Of a stretch of DNA of 64,000 bases, positions 1 to 11,796 are shown in pieces. Position numbers and translations under genes: made by a program. The stretch comes from Vermamoeba vermiformis (Eukaryota), in contig JBEWZL010000098.1 of NCBI GenBank assembly GCA_045837725.1, positions 124,001 through 188,000 of the forward strand, given 5' to 3'. Under the pieces are notes generated by a model. That model had not been told where the DNA came from, made no database searches, and saw only the letters and a program-made list of their open reading frames with translations. Positions within the stretch are counted from its first letter, which is position 1. Each line of letters opens with the position of its first letter.

Positions 1-455
1 TCCTTGAGCTGCTGAGGCACGTCCACAGAGTAGGTCACGTAATCACCATTGGCATTCATAGTGCATTGATTTTGATCGTTGCACTCGATATCTGCGGGTG
101 CGTTGTCGAGATCCGGTTCAGCCTCCCAAACATTGCCATCGTAACTTCGAGCAATAATGACAGGACTGCCATCAGGGCGGGTCACACCTACGCGCTTAGC
201 AAAGAGGAACTCTCCTTTGCTACTTTGTGGAAGATACGCTAATAATGACAAGTGTCAGTTTTGAAACGGAATTAGGATCGAATTGCAATCAATTCGACTA
301 TTTAACTGCGTACTAACTTGCGGGGCAGGGTTATCACCTTGTTTAGGCAATTGAGTCAGCAAAACTCCGAGGAGGATGGCAGCCGCAGCAGCAACGAAAG
401 CAGCGGCACAAACGATGATAATAATTCTCTTCTTCCGAGAAATTTGTTTGCCCAT
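1..455 (-). CDS. 5' part of a type II membrane protein (runs off window start)
   Basis: ATG at 455 is followed by a basic stretch and one TM helix (RKKRIIIIVCAAAFVAAAAAILLGVLL). An intron at ~313-239 leads to an open frame YLPQSSKGEFLFAKRVG...IARSYDGNVWEAEP... that reaches the window edge. Confidence 0.7.
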
Positions 456-1450
456 GGTGCACTGTCTCGCGTGGAGTTGAGCTACGAAATGAAGTTGATT
501 ACTAATTTGTTCGCACCCGAATTTATGGCCACAAGATTCGGCTGCCCGCTAGTTTATTTACCCGAATTGTGAGTCAAAGCAAATCACATGTGATTCAGTT
601 CGAGTCCCGTTTGGTAAACATTAGAAATGGCACGTGTGTTCGTAGGCAAACATTTGACGTTTAGCAATAACAATGCAACCACATAAACTCGATAGGTCCT
701 ATTTTAATGGTGTTAGGTATCGTGGATTTGTGGCGTTGATTCCATTTTAAAAATAGCTGCTTAGGAAACCGGTTCTGCTTGGCGTACCTTACACTTAATA
801 GGGATTTGTACCAAATAAACAGAAATTGCCGAGCAATTGGACCTATTTATAACAGCTATAATTAACAATTTAATATTACAATTTAAGAAGAACCTGCGCG
901 AGTCAAATTCGGATTTGTTTGGATATTTGACACTTTCTTTTTAGTTTTAAAGATAAAATAAAATAAAATAAGGAAAATATTCAAGTGTGCTACCGTTAAT
1001 GCTTATGATTAAGAAAATTAATTTTTACGTTGGTTCCGAATATAAATATTTTACCTGATCTTTTTCAGCCTTCCCACTCGCAAGTGCTACCCATTACCGA
1101 ATTAACACCGCAACGCCTTCCACACATTTGCTGGTTTGTAATTTTACAAGTCGAATATTTATGATTGTTGGTGTTCCTTTTGAAAAGTCAAAAATAATAC
1201 GCTGCTCGCAGTAGGAACTTTCAATCAGAATCCGCTGGCCACGTCGCTAATAGGTGTATCCGGACGTACACCACTATATTAATGATACACTTGATGGTAT
1301 TTATAGCGCCTGCCAATCATCGGGTAATATATCAAAACGTGACATGTATCAAGTAGCTCGTTATCATTATTATTGTGATAGCGACGCCACTATATTAGCG
1401 TTTACGATGCTATTTTTTTAATTACCATACATAGTAACTAACTGTTCTAA

Positions 1451-2040
1451 CTAACAAACAAAAACTGAAACCAAGGCAACGAGGCACTTGACAAAAAATC
1501 CAATACTAACTGCGCAACTCGACGACACTAAGTTAGATTTCGGAGAGTCAGAGGCGCTTGGACTGGAATTCGGACCGTTTTGACTAGCGGGACAGTTCTC
1601 AACAGAGGGTCCGCTTTCACTAACGGGACTGTTGCCATCATCATAAGTGTTTTGACCGCTCGGTCCAGCAGTGGTAGGTTGACTGACAGGAATAGCCGTA
1701 CATCCGTTCGGACCAACGCCATCGCCAGTATAACCGTTATTACAGGTGCACGTGAAGCTTAATCCATTCTGCGATTGGCACTCAGCATTGGGACTGCAAG
1801 GGTTGTTCTTGCACAGGTCGATCACTGCGAATATAAGGGTTAGTATCTCGAACAATTCCTCACAAATTCGAAGGTGGAATCGAATCTAAAACGCTTACAA
1901 CTGCATCCTTGGCCATTAATCTCTGCTTCTCTCTCGTCGCCGTTAGGGCACGTGCAATTATAACCAGGCTCATTGTTCGCGCAAGAGGCTTCAGGAACGC
2001 ACGGATAACCGGACGGTTCACTACCTATATACGAATCTAC
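1451..2040 (-). CDS. EGF-repeat cell-surface protein, probably GPI/TM anchored; 5' end unresolved or decayed
   Basis: There are two EGF-like exons (YPCVPEASC..YNCTC..GC and IDLCKNNPCSPNAEC..FTCTCNNGYTGDG..GC), a Ser/Pro-rich stalk and a hydrophobic C-terminus. I found no clean upstream exon or signal peptide. Confidence 0.65.
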
Positions 2041-2816
2041 CTGCGTTATAACGTTTTCGCCTCACATCTCAGAGATCTGGTTCCGTTACAATCGAGCCAT
2101 TGACGTGCTTGCAGTGGCTAATATCTACGACAGCGCCGACCAATTAATCACTTGCACGGAATTGGACACTAGAACGAGATCCCACCACCGCGCCGTAAAG
2201 CGGTTCGCCCCTTCGCTCCTTCGCCCCCTTAGAACGAGATACTCTACTACTAACTACTACTGGCAATACGGATGGCGCTCAACGAGTAGACAGATCAAAA
2301 AATTGGAAATTAACGGAGGCTAGTTTCGCGTTTGATAATGTTGATTGGAGAAAAGGTTGTGGCGATGTACTGGAGAATTGTTGCCACCTTGCTTTGAAAC
2401 CGATTAACGTTCTACCTGCCGTTCATAAACATGCAAAGGCGTAAAGCAATTCAAAATTGACCATCTCGAGCTGAAAGCCGGGATGCGCCGCCATTAATGC
2501 AACCGGTATAGCGGCCCTAATAAGAAAGAATAATGAAGTAATATCATAACTGCTATCCTAACTCGGGCACTCGATATCATCGGCTTAATTTTGGCAAAGA
2601 CTTACAATTTATTACTGGTCGAACTTATGAAGCAGGCCTTTGGTAGAATTCAACGCCATATCATGTTCGGCTTTATTCTTTTTCTTGCGCATGAGCTCAT
2701 CGATCTGATAACAAAAATATTTGAGTTCAAACGATTTGCGAAAATTTTTTCTTATGAAAAGCATTAGAAATGCAGTGCTAAACGCAATATATAACTAACT
2801 TTAAAAAAAATTAACA

Positions 2817-4547
2817 ATGATATGGTCGATTATATATTTAATCGTATGTGTTGCTTTTACCGTTCGGTATCTGCTGGCCGAAAGCGTCAAAAGAGCTGCT
2901 GCGAATTTGCGAAGGAATATTAATTCTAGTGATGCATTAATAGAGCAGTGTATGCCCTTGGTAAGTCAATAATCATCGTTAGGAATAAAATACAATATTT
3001 TTTTTGAAGATCTGCACTATTTTTTGAAAATTTAATAATATAAATATTTCGCAATAATAAACTGATGATAGGATATACGTAGGAAATATTCGAATACGTT
3101 TTATCGCTGACAGATCCGCCCAGTTTTTTGACATGTCGATTTGTAAGCAAATATTGGCACACAGCAACAACAAATTCAATATTAGAACTCAATATGATAA
3201 ACAAGTGCCAATCAATATCAAAGTAAGCAACCTTATTTTCCTTCATTACGACGAAGTGTCACGATCTGATCCATTTTTTGATAGGGAGAAAATAGAATCA
3301 TTACTGAAGGCTGAATTGAAAATTAATATGAAATCTGGAGACTCTTTGTCATATTCTGTAAGTGCTATATTCTTATATAATACAAATCTAACGTCTAATA
3401 TTTTAGGACTCGTATCCGAAATACCTCATTTTGCGAGACATTGCCGCGGCCTATTCAGACGGAAAAACACTTCTGGCGCTTGAAGAAGATTCCATTGAGC
3501 GGCTAGCATTCGAAGTATTTAGCAAAGGATATAACCAAGCGTTTATAAGAAAGCTTAAGGATACGTAAGTGACCGGATCAGATCCGCTAAAACTAGAAAA
3601 AATTGAGTTATTTATTTAGATTTTGGATTAAGACTATGGCCAAGAGTACATATCTATCAAGGCCTAATACGAAAATGCTCGAAGTTCATTGGCGCGGTCG
3701 TTACTTTAAATTGAATGACGGCGGAAGAATTTTTGCAAAGGCTGACGAACTCGCGAGATACAGCGGACCAGCGGATATTATTCTGAGTCCGAAAGCTCTT
3801 GAGGGATTGTTTGGACGGACGATGGAAATAATTATGTATCGGCCTCGCTTAAAGTCGGAATTCTTTCTTGGTAAGAATTATCGGATCTGATAATCAATCG
3901 TAGCCTATGATAACTTTGATAATGTAATAGGGTTTATACCAGTAGTTAGTCTAATCGACGCGGCGTATTTCGCGTTACTGACGCTAATCCCGTGCTTGAT
4001 CCATGATCTTGCCATGACAGGACGGTTTTCAGATCCGAGCAAATCACTCGTTTTTGTGCTGCTATCAGGCACATCACTTATTCTTACTATGTTATTCTTA
4101 TATGTAGGTGGTGCTAGAGGTCAATATGGCTTACTCGTTGAAATGGCGCATTGGATCGGGATCATAACTTTGCCGATATTTGCATTCAACTTTTACGCGG
4201 AATTTTTAGCCTTTTTAGGAAGTGCTACTGTTGCAGGCTCGTATATTGCGTTACTATTTTCGTACACGCAAATATGGCCGATGACAAGCAAAAGAATTCC
4301 ATCCGTCATTTTTTTCACGAGTTTGTTAATGCTTGCAAATGATTGGTCACGTACGATGACCGCTATTAGCGATGGAGCTATATATAGAGCATTCGCTAAG
4401 TGGTTTTTATCGTATTTGATACTGATGTCAAATATCTTGGCCATGTATTTTGTGACACGATCATGGCAGTACAAATCTGAGATGAAAATTATTGCCGCGC
4501 TGTTGTTTATTTTCGTTGTTGTAATGACAGTGTACTTTCCTATTTAG
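2817..4547 (+). CDS. F-box protein with N-terminal hydrophobic segment and C-terminal multi-pass TM domain
   Basis: Six exons with compatible phases (~2817-2960, 3083-3222, 3285-3357, 3408-3564, 3620-3870, 3931-4547). Splicing creates the F-box MPL|EIFEYVLSLTDPPSFLTCRFVSKYWH. The last exon has about 6-7 hydrophobic helices. Confidence 0.75.
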
Positions 4548-4688
4548 GGAACCAATAAATAATTGCAAAGACTTGCAGTTTTCCAAAAATAAATAAATAT
4601 TTTCACAGGTTGACACGTGTCATGATTCATGATTTTCAAAAGCACTAAATGAAATGACGTACTTTCCATATTTGGTAATATTGATAAT

Positions 4689-5421
4689 CTAGTCCTCATC
4701 GTCATCATCGTTTGGTTCTTGACTCCATTTCCAAAACTCATCGCGTTTGTATTTGTCACGATCAGCGCTCCAATCATCGCCCGTCGAGTCGTATTCAATA
4801 AATTCTACGTATTGTTCCAAGAAATCAATGTCTTCCCAGGGACAGTACGTCTTGTAAAACCAAACTGACTTTAACTTCGGCAAGCACTACGTCCAAAAAA
4901 AACATATTAATGCCATTTGATCAGTTAATAGGTTGCATAGATATTAATATGCTTACCATAGTCATGCTTTCGATCATTTCGGTTGAAACAGTTGTACGAA
5001 AGAATTTTATGGACGAGAGATCCGGTGCTTCGTAAGGTTGAGGCCACGGCGTTAATAGCGCGAATGGATTATTAGAACCAAGTGAGTTAAATTCGAAGTG
5101 GCATATATTAGGGCAATAATCTAGTAAGGCTTTGACCACGTTTGGATCTGCTTCGTAAGATCGAGAAAAATTTACGTGGGTAATGTGGCTGAATAATGAT
5201 CTTTCAATAGCACGCACGTATGATTGCGCATTTGCAGGACGGAGGCTTCGAGGATAAAAATAGAGTTCTGTTGATGAAGCCCAACCGAATTTCTGTGAGC
5301 CACATCCAAGTAACGAGGTTGTTTCGCTTTCCCATTGCTTCGATATTAGCGGAATTATTATTAGTCGCGGCTTGAGGTCTAAATAGCTGAATATTTCGCG
5401 TATGACGTCCGTTGGCAACAT
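4689..5421 (-). CDS. F-box protein (F-box followed by LRR-like segment, acidic tail)
   Basis: N-terminal LPTDVIREIFSYL...LISKQW, then LRR-like LLDYCPNICHFEF. The second exon (4689-~4887) ends in EPNDDDDED. Confidence 0.75.
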
Positions 5422-5723
5422 TTTCCTAAAATATCTGTTTCAGTAATTTGTAAATTTTATTTTAATCTTTTATTTATATGTGGATGTGCGATTTAATATT
5501 GGAAATTATTTTGGAAGATTAAGCTAAAAAATTCAGCTTTGTGATTTATTTCTGTTGCTGATCTCATGTCAAAGTCGAGATAGCGTCACCACGCACTATC
5601 ATAATTTAATTCCGTGGTAAAATAAAAGATAAGATTTTACTAACCGAAGATTGCCTGTAAAACTTGGGGATCTGTGCTTCTGCACAAAATTAATTTACTA
5701 ACTTTTACAAGAACAACACCACA

Positions 5724-6710
5724 ATGCTCTCGCACAACAAAAGAAAGATCACCGTCGTTGATTTGTCAGGCAAAGAATTACATGGTGGTCGAGCTTTCAA
5801 AAAGAGAAGAGTCATTAACTCCTCGAGCTGGTCCGATCAGCCAGACCCAGATCCAGAGAAGGATTTAAAGGAGTTCCATATGTTTGAAAAATTGCCTTTC
5901 GATGTCAAGAAGGAAATATTTGGTTATTTTGGCGAAGTAGAACTGATGGGACTCGTAAGAACCTCTAAAGAATTTTACGAGCTGCAGAAAAGCTTGATCC
6001 ACCCGTTACTCGCTTCAGTCGTAAGTACAGCGCTATTAATATTATAAATGAAATATATTCGCTGAATTTGAATAACGAAAATTATTTCTGCGAAGAGGTT
6101 AAACAGATTGAAAGCCACACGAGCGGATCCCAGCAATCTTTCAGCCCAACAAATAGATGATCGTATTACATTCATTAAAGTAAGCTTACTTTTCGTTTCT
6201 TTGATTTTGAAAACGAAGAATGATCCGGATCTTTAAAGGCACAACTGTCGGCGCACGAACAAGAGCACGAAGCGATGAAACAAGAGCTGCAACGAGTATT
6301 TAAGTTAAAATTAGAGCAGTCTAACGAGACGACGCTTCAAAAGTTTAATATATGGAGACAGCCGGACGTGCCAAAAACTTTTCACAGGTACATCCAAAAG
6401 GGCATTAAACCTGAAGGTAAATTATAATAACAATTGTAATTATACACCAATCACTAATACCTTACATGCGTATAAAGGTGAACTAGACCTTTGGGACTTT
6501 TTGCAAAAAAAATCTCCCTACGGATTTGCTGACCGAAGAGAAGAACTCACGCTAGAGACTGTAATAGAGAGATTAGAATATGCCATGGGCTTAGAATACG
6601 ATAGGGAAACTAATGAATGGACTGGTGCTTCTGCTGATGTCGAATTGTTCACCAAGTACGCTGCGAAATTGATGGAGCTAGACTTTGGCGGCTGTTTTTG
6701 GGATTGGTAG
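5724..6710 (+). CDS. F-box protein with basic N-terminus and coiled-coil; 3' end uncertain (6710 or 6783)
   Basis: F-box FEKLPFDVKKEIFGYFGEVELMGLVRTSKEFY, with further exons near 6095-6179, 6239-6416 and 6478 onward. Confidence 0.7.
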
Positions 6711-7775
6711 ACGAGTAGCGGGAATTTATCCCTTGAGCAACTTACGATACAATTCATATGGTTCTAAGTTAAGCAAACTCTAACGTAGAACTGGGGCCGG
6801 TTGCGAACTTAGTTGGCAGCTAATAAACGTACTTCGCAAGACGTGACCTTTCGTCACAGATTGATCGCAGATTGATGTTGTGGTATGAAAAACTATTGGG
6901 GTGCGCTTGGGATAAATAAAGGTGGCAGACATCCATAAAATGACAGGTATCGAAGAAAGAGCCATTTTACAGCATATCGTTTTATGTCGTTTCCACATTT
7001 CGGCGTAACAGTTATAACTTTAGGAGAAATCAGTGCACTTCGATCAGGTATTGTCGATAGTATAATTTGATACGATTGGTTTGATTAAGCAGTCCGCACG
7101 TAGACCTCAGAGTTTCGAGCGAGATATATAAAAACAAGAACTTTTGACCGATTGCCGCTGTTACGCACTTTGCTCCGTCCCTTATTACGCGTTGGTTGCA
7201 ATTTGGATGTCATTTCTCGATTGAATCGAAACGAACAACAGAAATTGATGCTGCTTATGACACACGCCAATTAATCAATGCACTGAACGCGGTCAAATTC
7301 AGCGATGAAAAAGAACCGAGAAGCGCGCCAAATCTACTCAGTTTGGTAAGTTAATAATTTTCGCAAATATAACTGTGATAAATTCATATAAAATGATTGC
7401 ATGAATTTTAATCATATTTGTACGTATTTGAAGCGAACGTTGAAATTGATCAATCAAAAAATGGCAAAATCAATTAAAATTGCCTTTGCAAATTAATAGG
7501 GCGATAAATATAGGAACAAAAGTGCTTACGCAATTCTCATAGCTGAGCTTTCGCCATTAAAAAAATATGTCCGTAAATTTCCCTCCATATTTTTGGACAG
7601 CCAGAGATAAAAGAATGGTTCTTTGTGGTTCTCATTTACACAAAATCTTCGTACCAAAAGAGCAGTAAAGGTCCGTCCAGTATTAACTCTTTCTACGCCA
7701 CTACACAAGTCAACTTCGCGATCGCCGATCTGGATTCGTTACCTGAACTTCGTTATCAACTCAAACTCAAACTGC

Positions 7776-10508
7776 ATGATGGATCTTCACCAACACCACA
7801 AAGCGTCACAGGGTAAATTAATTCTAGTTTCCAATCGCTTGCCCGTGCATGTTGACATCAAATCCGATAACACCATTCAATTTCGCTCGTCTGCCGGTGG
7901 CTTAGCAACAGCGTTGAATGGGTTTCATAAAGACCACGCTGGTTCACTATGGGTCGGCTGGCCTGGCGTCATTCCACTTGAGCACCGAGAGGAAGTCAAG
8001 AACAGATTGCTCACCGAGTACGGTTGCTATCCAGTGTTTTTAGAGGAAGATCTCGTTGAGAAATTTTACGACGGCTTCTCTAATAACACTTTGTGGCCCT
8101 TATTTCACTCATTCCCTGCTTACACGAGATATCTGGACAGCGAATGGGAGGGTACGTAGAATTAATCCAAACTGGAATTTAATTTCTAGCGACGCGAAAT
8201 GAAACTAATCATTTAATTGTAGCTTATAAGGAAGCTAATGAACTATTCGCTAAGGCAATTCTCGAAGTTGCAAGTTCAGGAGATTGCATCTGGATCCACG
8301 GTAAGTGACAGTTTAGCTTAGTGAGTCCGAAAAAGCACCGCTCGTTCTATCTGAATCTCGAAATTTAATTCAACGTGCTTCAATTTCACTAAAATTCCTC
8401 GCGAATTTCTCAAGTCTAAAAGTCTAACACGTGGTTCTGACACGTGTCGCGGAATTTCCTTTTTTGTACTCAAGCAATGTTCACTAAGTTTCCTATACAT
8501 AGATTTTCATATCATGTTGCTGCCAAAGATCCTTCGTGAAGCATTGTCGGACTTGGTCATTGGATTTTTCTTGCACATCCCGTTCCCATCTTACGACATT
8601 TATCGACTGATGCCCTGGGCCAGTGAAATCACAGAAGCATTGCTCCGATCAGATCTCGTCGGTTTCCACACCTACGACTACGTGCAGAACTTTTTGGCCG
8701 TCGTACGAAGATCTTTGGGCATTGACAACAACTTGGGTGTCATCGTCCGTGATCAACTCGTGTGTCACGTGGATGTGTTCCCGATCGGCATTGACTTCAA
8801 CAAGTTCAACCTTGCAACTGAACATCCTGCTACACAAGTCGAGATGGAAAAAATCAAGAAGAGACATGACGGACAAAAGATCATTTTTGCGGTCAGTCGA
8901 CTGGACTACACAAAGGTAAGTCTATCATTTCTAAATTTGGCAAATAGTCTAACAGGTTTTTCGTAGGGCATTATTGAGAGTCTTCACGCATTTGAAACAC
9001 TACTAGTGACGCAGCCACAATACCAAAAGAAAGTGGTGTTCGTCCTCGTAGTTGTTCCGTCACGTGAACGCGTCAAAAGATACGCCTCGCTAAAGAAGGA
9101 AATTGACGAGTCCGTGGGCCGTATTAACTCTAAATATGGCTCATTTGAATGGCATCCAGTGCTCTATTTGTTCCAAAGTCTCACTTTCGCTGAGCTCACA
9201 GCATATTATTCCCGTGCTGACGTTGGTCTTGTGATTCCTTCACGCGACGGAATGAATCTCGTTGCAAAGGTGTGTAAAGTTTAAAAACGAAAATACGAAA
9301 GCGTAGCATCTAATTATGGATTAATTAGGAATATCTTGCCACTAAAAAAGATGCAGCGGGAGTGTTAGTACTTTCAGAAATGGCTGGCAGTGCCAAGGAG
9401 TTGCAAGAAGCTCTACTCGTTAACCCCAACAGCAAGCGAGAAGTAAGTTTGCTTACGAACCTGTTTGAGAAAGTTCGTGCTAAAAAACTGAACGCAGGTC
9501 GTCGAGGCACTTGACTACGCCTTAACGATGCCACTTGACGAACAAATGCGTCGCAACGAGCCAATGAGATCACGCCTTGAGGAGTACGATACGACTAGAT
9601 GGGGCAACATGTTCTTGGAACGATTGGACAGGGCACGTGATGCACGCAAAGAGCTGGTGTTCCGAGTACTCGATGCGACTATTCGTGATGACTTGCTCGA
9701 GAAGTGGAAGAACTCTAAAAGAAAACTCGTCATTCTCGATTATGATGGCTGCTTAGTGCCCTTTAATAGAAACTTGCAAGCTGCTTTGCCTGACCGTGGC
9801 CTCGTCGACGTAAGTCAGATCCGATCTGGAAGAACAATTACTGAGCAGTACTTAACCTTCATATTACAGTTGTTAGAACGCCTTGGCAAGAAAGAGGACA
9901 CTGAAGTGGTGCTGTTGACATCACGTGATCGCACCTTCTTGGAGCGTCATATGGGTCACACGCAACACATCACTTTGGTGGCTCAAGCGGGAGGTTGGAG
10001 CAGACAAGCTGGTTCAACTGAGTGGCAATCTGCCATCACCAACACCTCGCACATCTCCTGGCGCCAGCACATTCTGCCGCTCATGCAAATGACTCGCGAT
10101 CGCATCCCTGGATCTGATCTGACCGACGATGAGTTGACGATCACTTGGGACTGGCGTAGAGCTGATCCAGACACTGCTTTGACTGCCGCTAAGGAGCTGC
10201 TTGACGTGTTGATTCATCTCACCGCGAGCATGGCCTTGAAAGTAGCGATGACTCCGAAATCCATCGTCATTCGCGATGGACAGATCGGCAAGGGTACTTA
10301 CTACAATAATCAGCTTGCTAGTGATGAATGGGACTTTTTGTTGGCAATGGGCGAAGATTTCGAAGAAGTTTTTGCTTCGTTGCCTGAATCCGCTTATTCG
10401 GTACAAGTGGGCATGAAGTTGTCAAAGGCCAAGTGCAACTTTAAGACTGTTCATGAAGCTCGACAACTCTTAGCCACCTTGGCTGATGTTAAATCATTCA
10501 GCGGATAA
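7776..10508 (+). CDS. TPS: Trehalose-6-phosphate synthase/phosphatase (GT20 + HAD-like domain)
   Basis: [68 protein letters not shown] and a C-terminal LDYDG HAD motif; multi-exon. Confidence 0.95.
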
Positions 10509-10738
10509 TTTTGTAGCGGATGCACGTCTCTTTACAATTTTGGTTGTTATTTGTACTTGTAGTGTATTGTTGTATTTTGTTTTATAGTCTAATCAAATGC
10601 TTAGAGCGCTTGATTAATGTTTAATAGAAAGGAAATAAAACTTAGCAATTCCTAGCCCAAATAAGTTTCAGATGCGCTTTTCAAATTGAATATTCATTCA
10701 TTTATTTACAAAGGAGAATACTAGAGCTTAACATACTC

Positions 10739-11602
10739 TTATAGTTCATCTTTACTACGAGGGTTTCGCATCGAAGGGAACTTAGTAGTCTTCAAATTAA
10801 TAGCGCGTTTGATCTTGTACAACTCTCCGTACTTCTGAATATTTTCATGCGCTGTTTTGATCTTAACATATTCATCCGCGCACTCAGGACACTTGTCAGG
10901 GTGCCTAATGACTAATATTAGTCACTTATTACAATACCAAAAAGAATTTTTTTCATTAACAGCAGATCCCGGCTTGAAACGGAAAGTTCGATTTAAAATT
11001 GGGTATTAACGGTAAATAATTTTGAATATTGAACCATACTTTGCTAACGCGAGTTTTCTAAATGCCTTCTTGATGTCGTCTTCGGAAGCTGAAGGATCCA
11101 AACCCAACACTTTGTAGTTTTCATTAAAGGTCTCCCAATCAGGATCATGCTCGGCTATATTAAAAATCAGATTATTAGTATATAGACTTTACGAAGTATA
11201 ATGGGCGTCTAAAAAGGTCATAACAAAATATTTTGATATTTACCTTCGTAATATTTGAGCACGAACATCAATGCCAAAACAGCCAATATTGGGCCCAATA
11301 TGCACCAATTAATACCAAGCGATTTATTTCTAATTAAAATCAATTAATGAAATTGTGGACGACGCAGATACGCCACGTAGTCATTTTTTAATTATTACAA
11401 CGAGCGGGTATTCTATACCTTAGTATTACTATTTAAATATTACTTACGATTTTCGTCTTTTAATTGGCTGATCTACGTCACCAGATTCATTTTGAGTTCG
11501 TGATAACGGCTTTTTTGCTACTTTATGCTTGACTTTAACATCAAATATGCCTTTATATTTATCAACTTGCGTATCTACTAATACAGCTCCTTTGTGCTCC
11601 AT
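10739..11602 (-). CDS. Single-pass membrane DnaJ/J-domain protein with C-terminal KDEL
   Basis: Four exons. TM WCILGPILAVLALMFVL, J-domain [30 protein letters not shown], ending ...RSKDEL*. Confidence 0.85.
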
Positions 11603-11796
11603 TTTGTGTGGATGGAAAAATGAAATAATTTTGCGCGGGAATAGATTTTCATAACCGAAGACCAGAACTGATTTCAGCACCACAATAAGCACCTTGTATA
11701 TTATATTTAATCGATTGTGTATTTTAGTTCCGAATCGCTTATTGTTGCAGAAGCTAATTTTTTTCAGTTTGATTTTTATTTTGTTGAATTGACGAG

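Noticed and set aside
6780-7270. Two short minus-strand ORFs (61 and 72 aa)
   Set aside because: No recognisable motif or convincing splice model.
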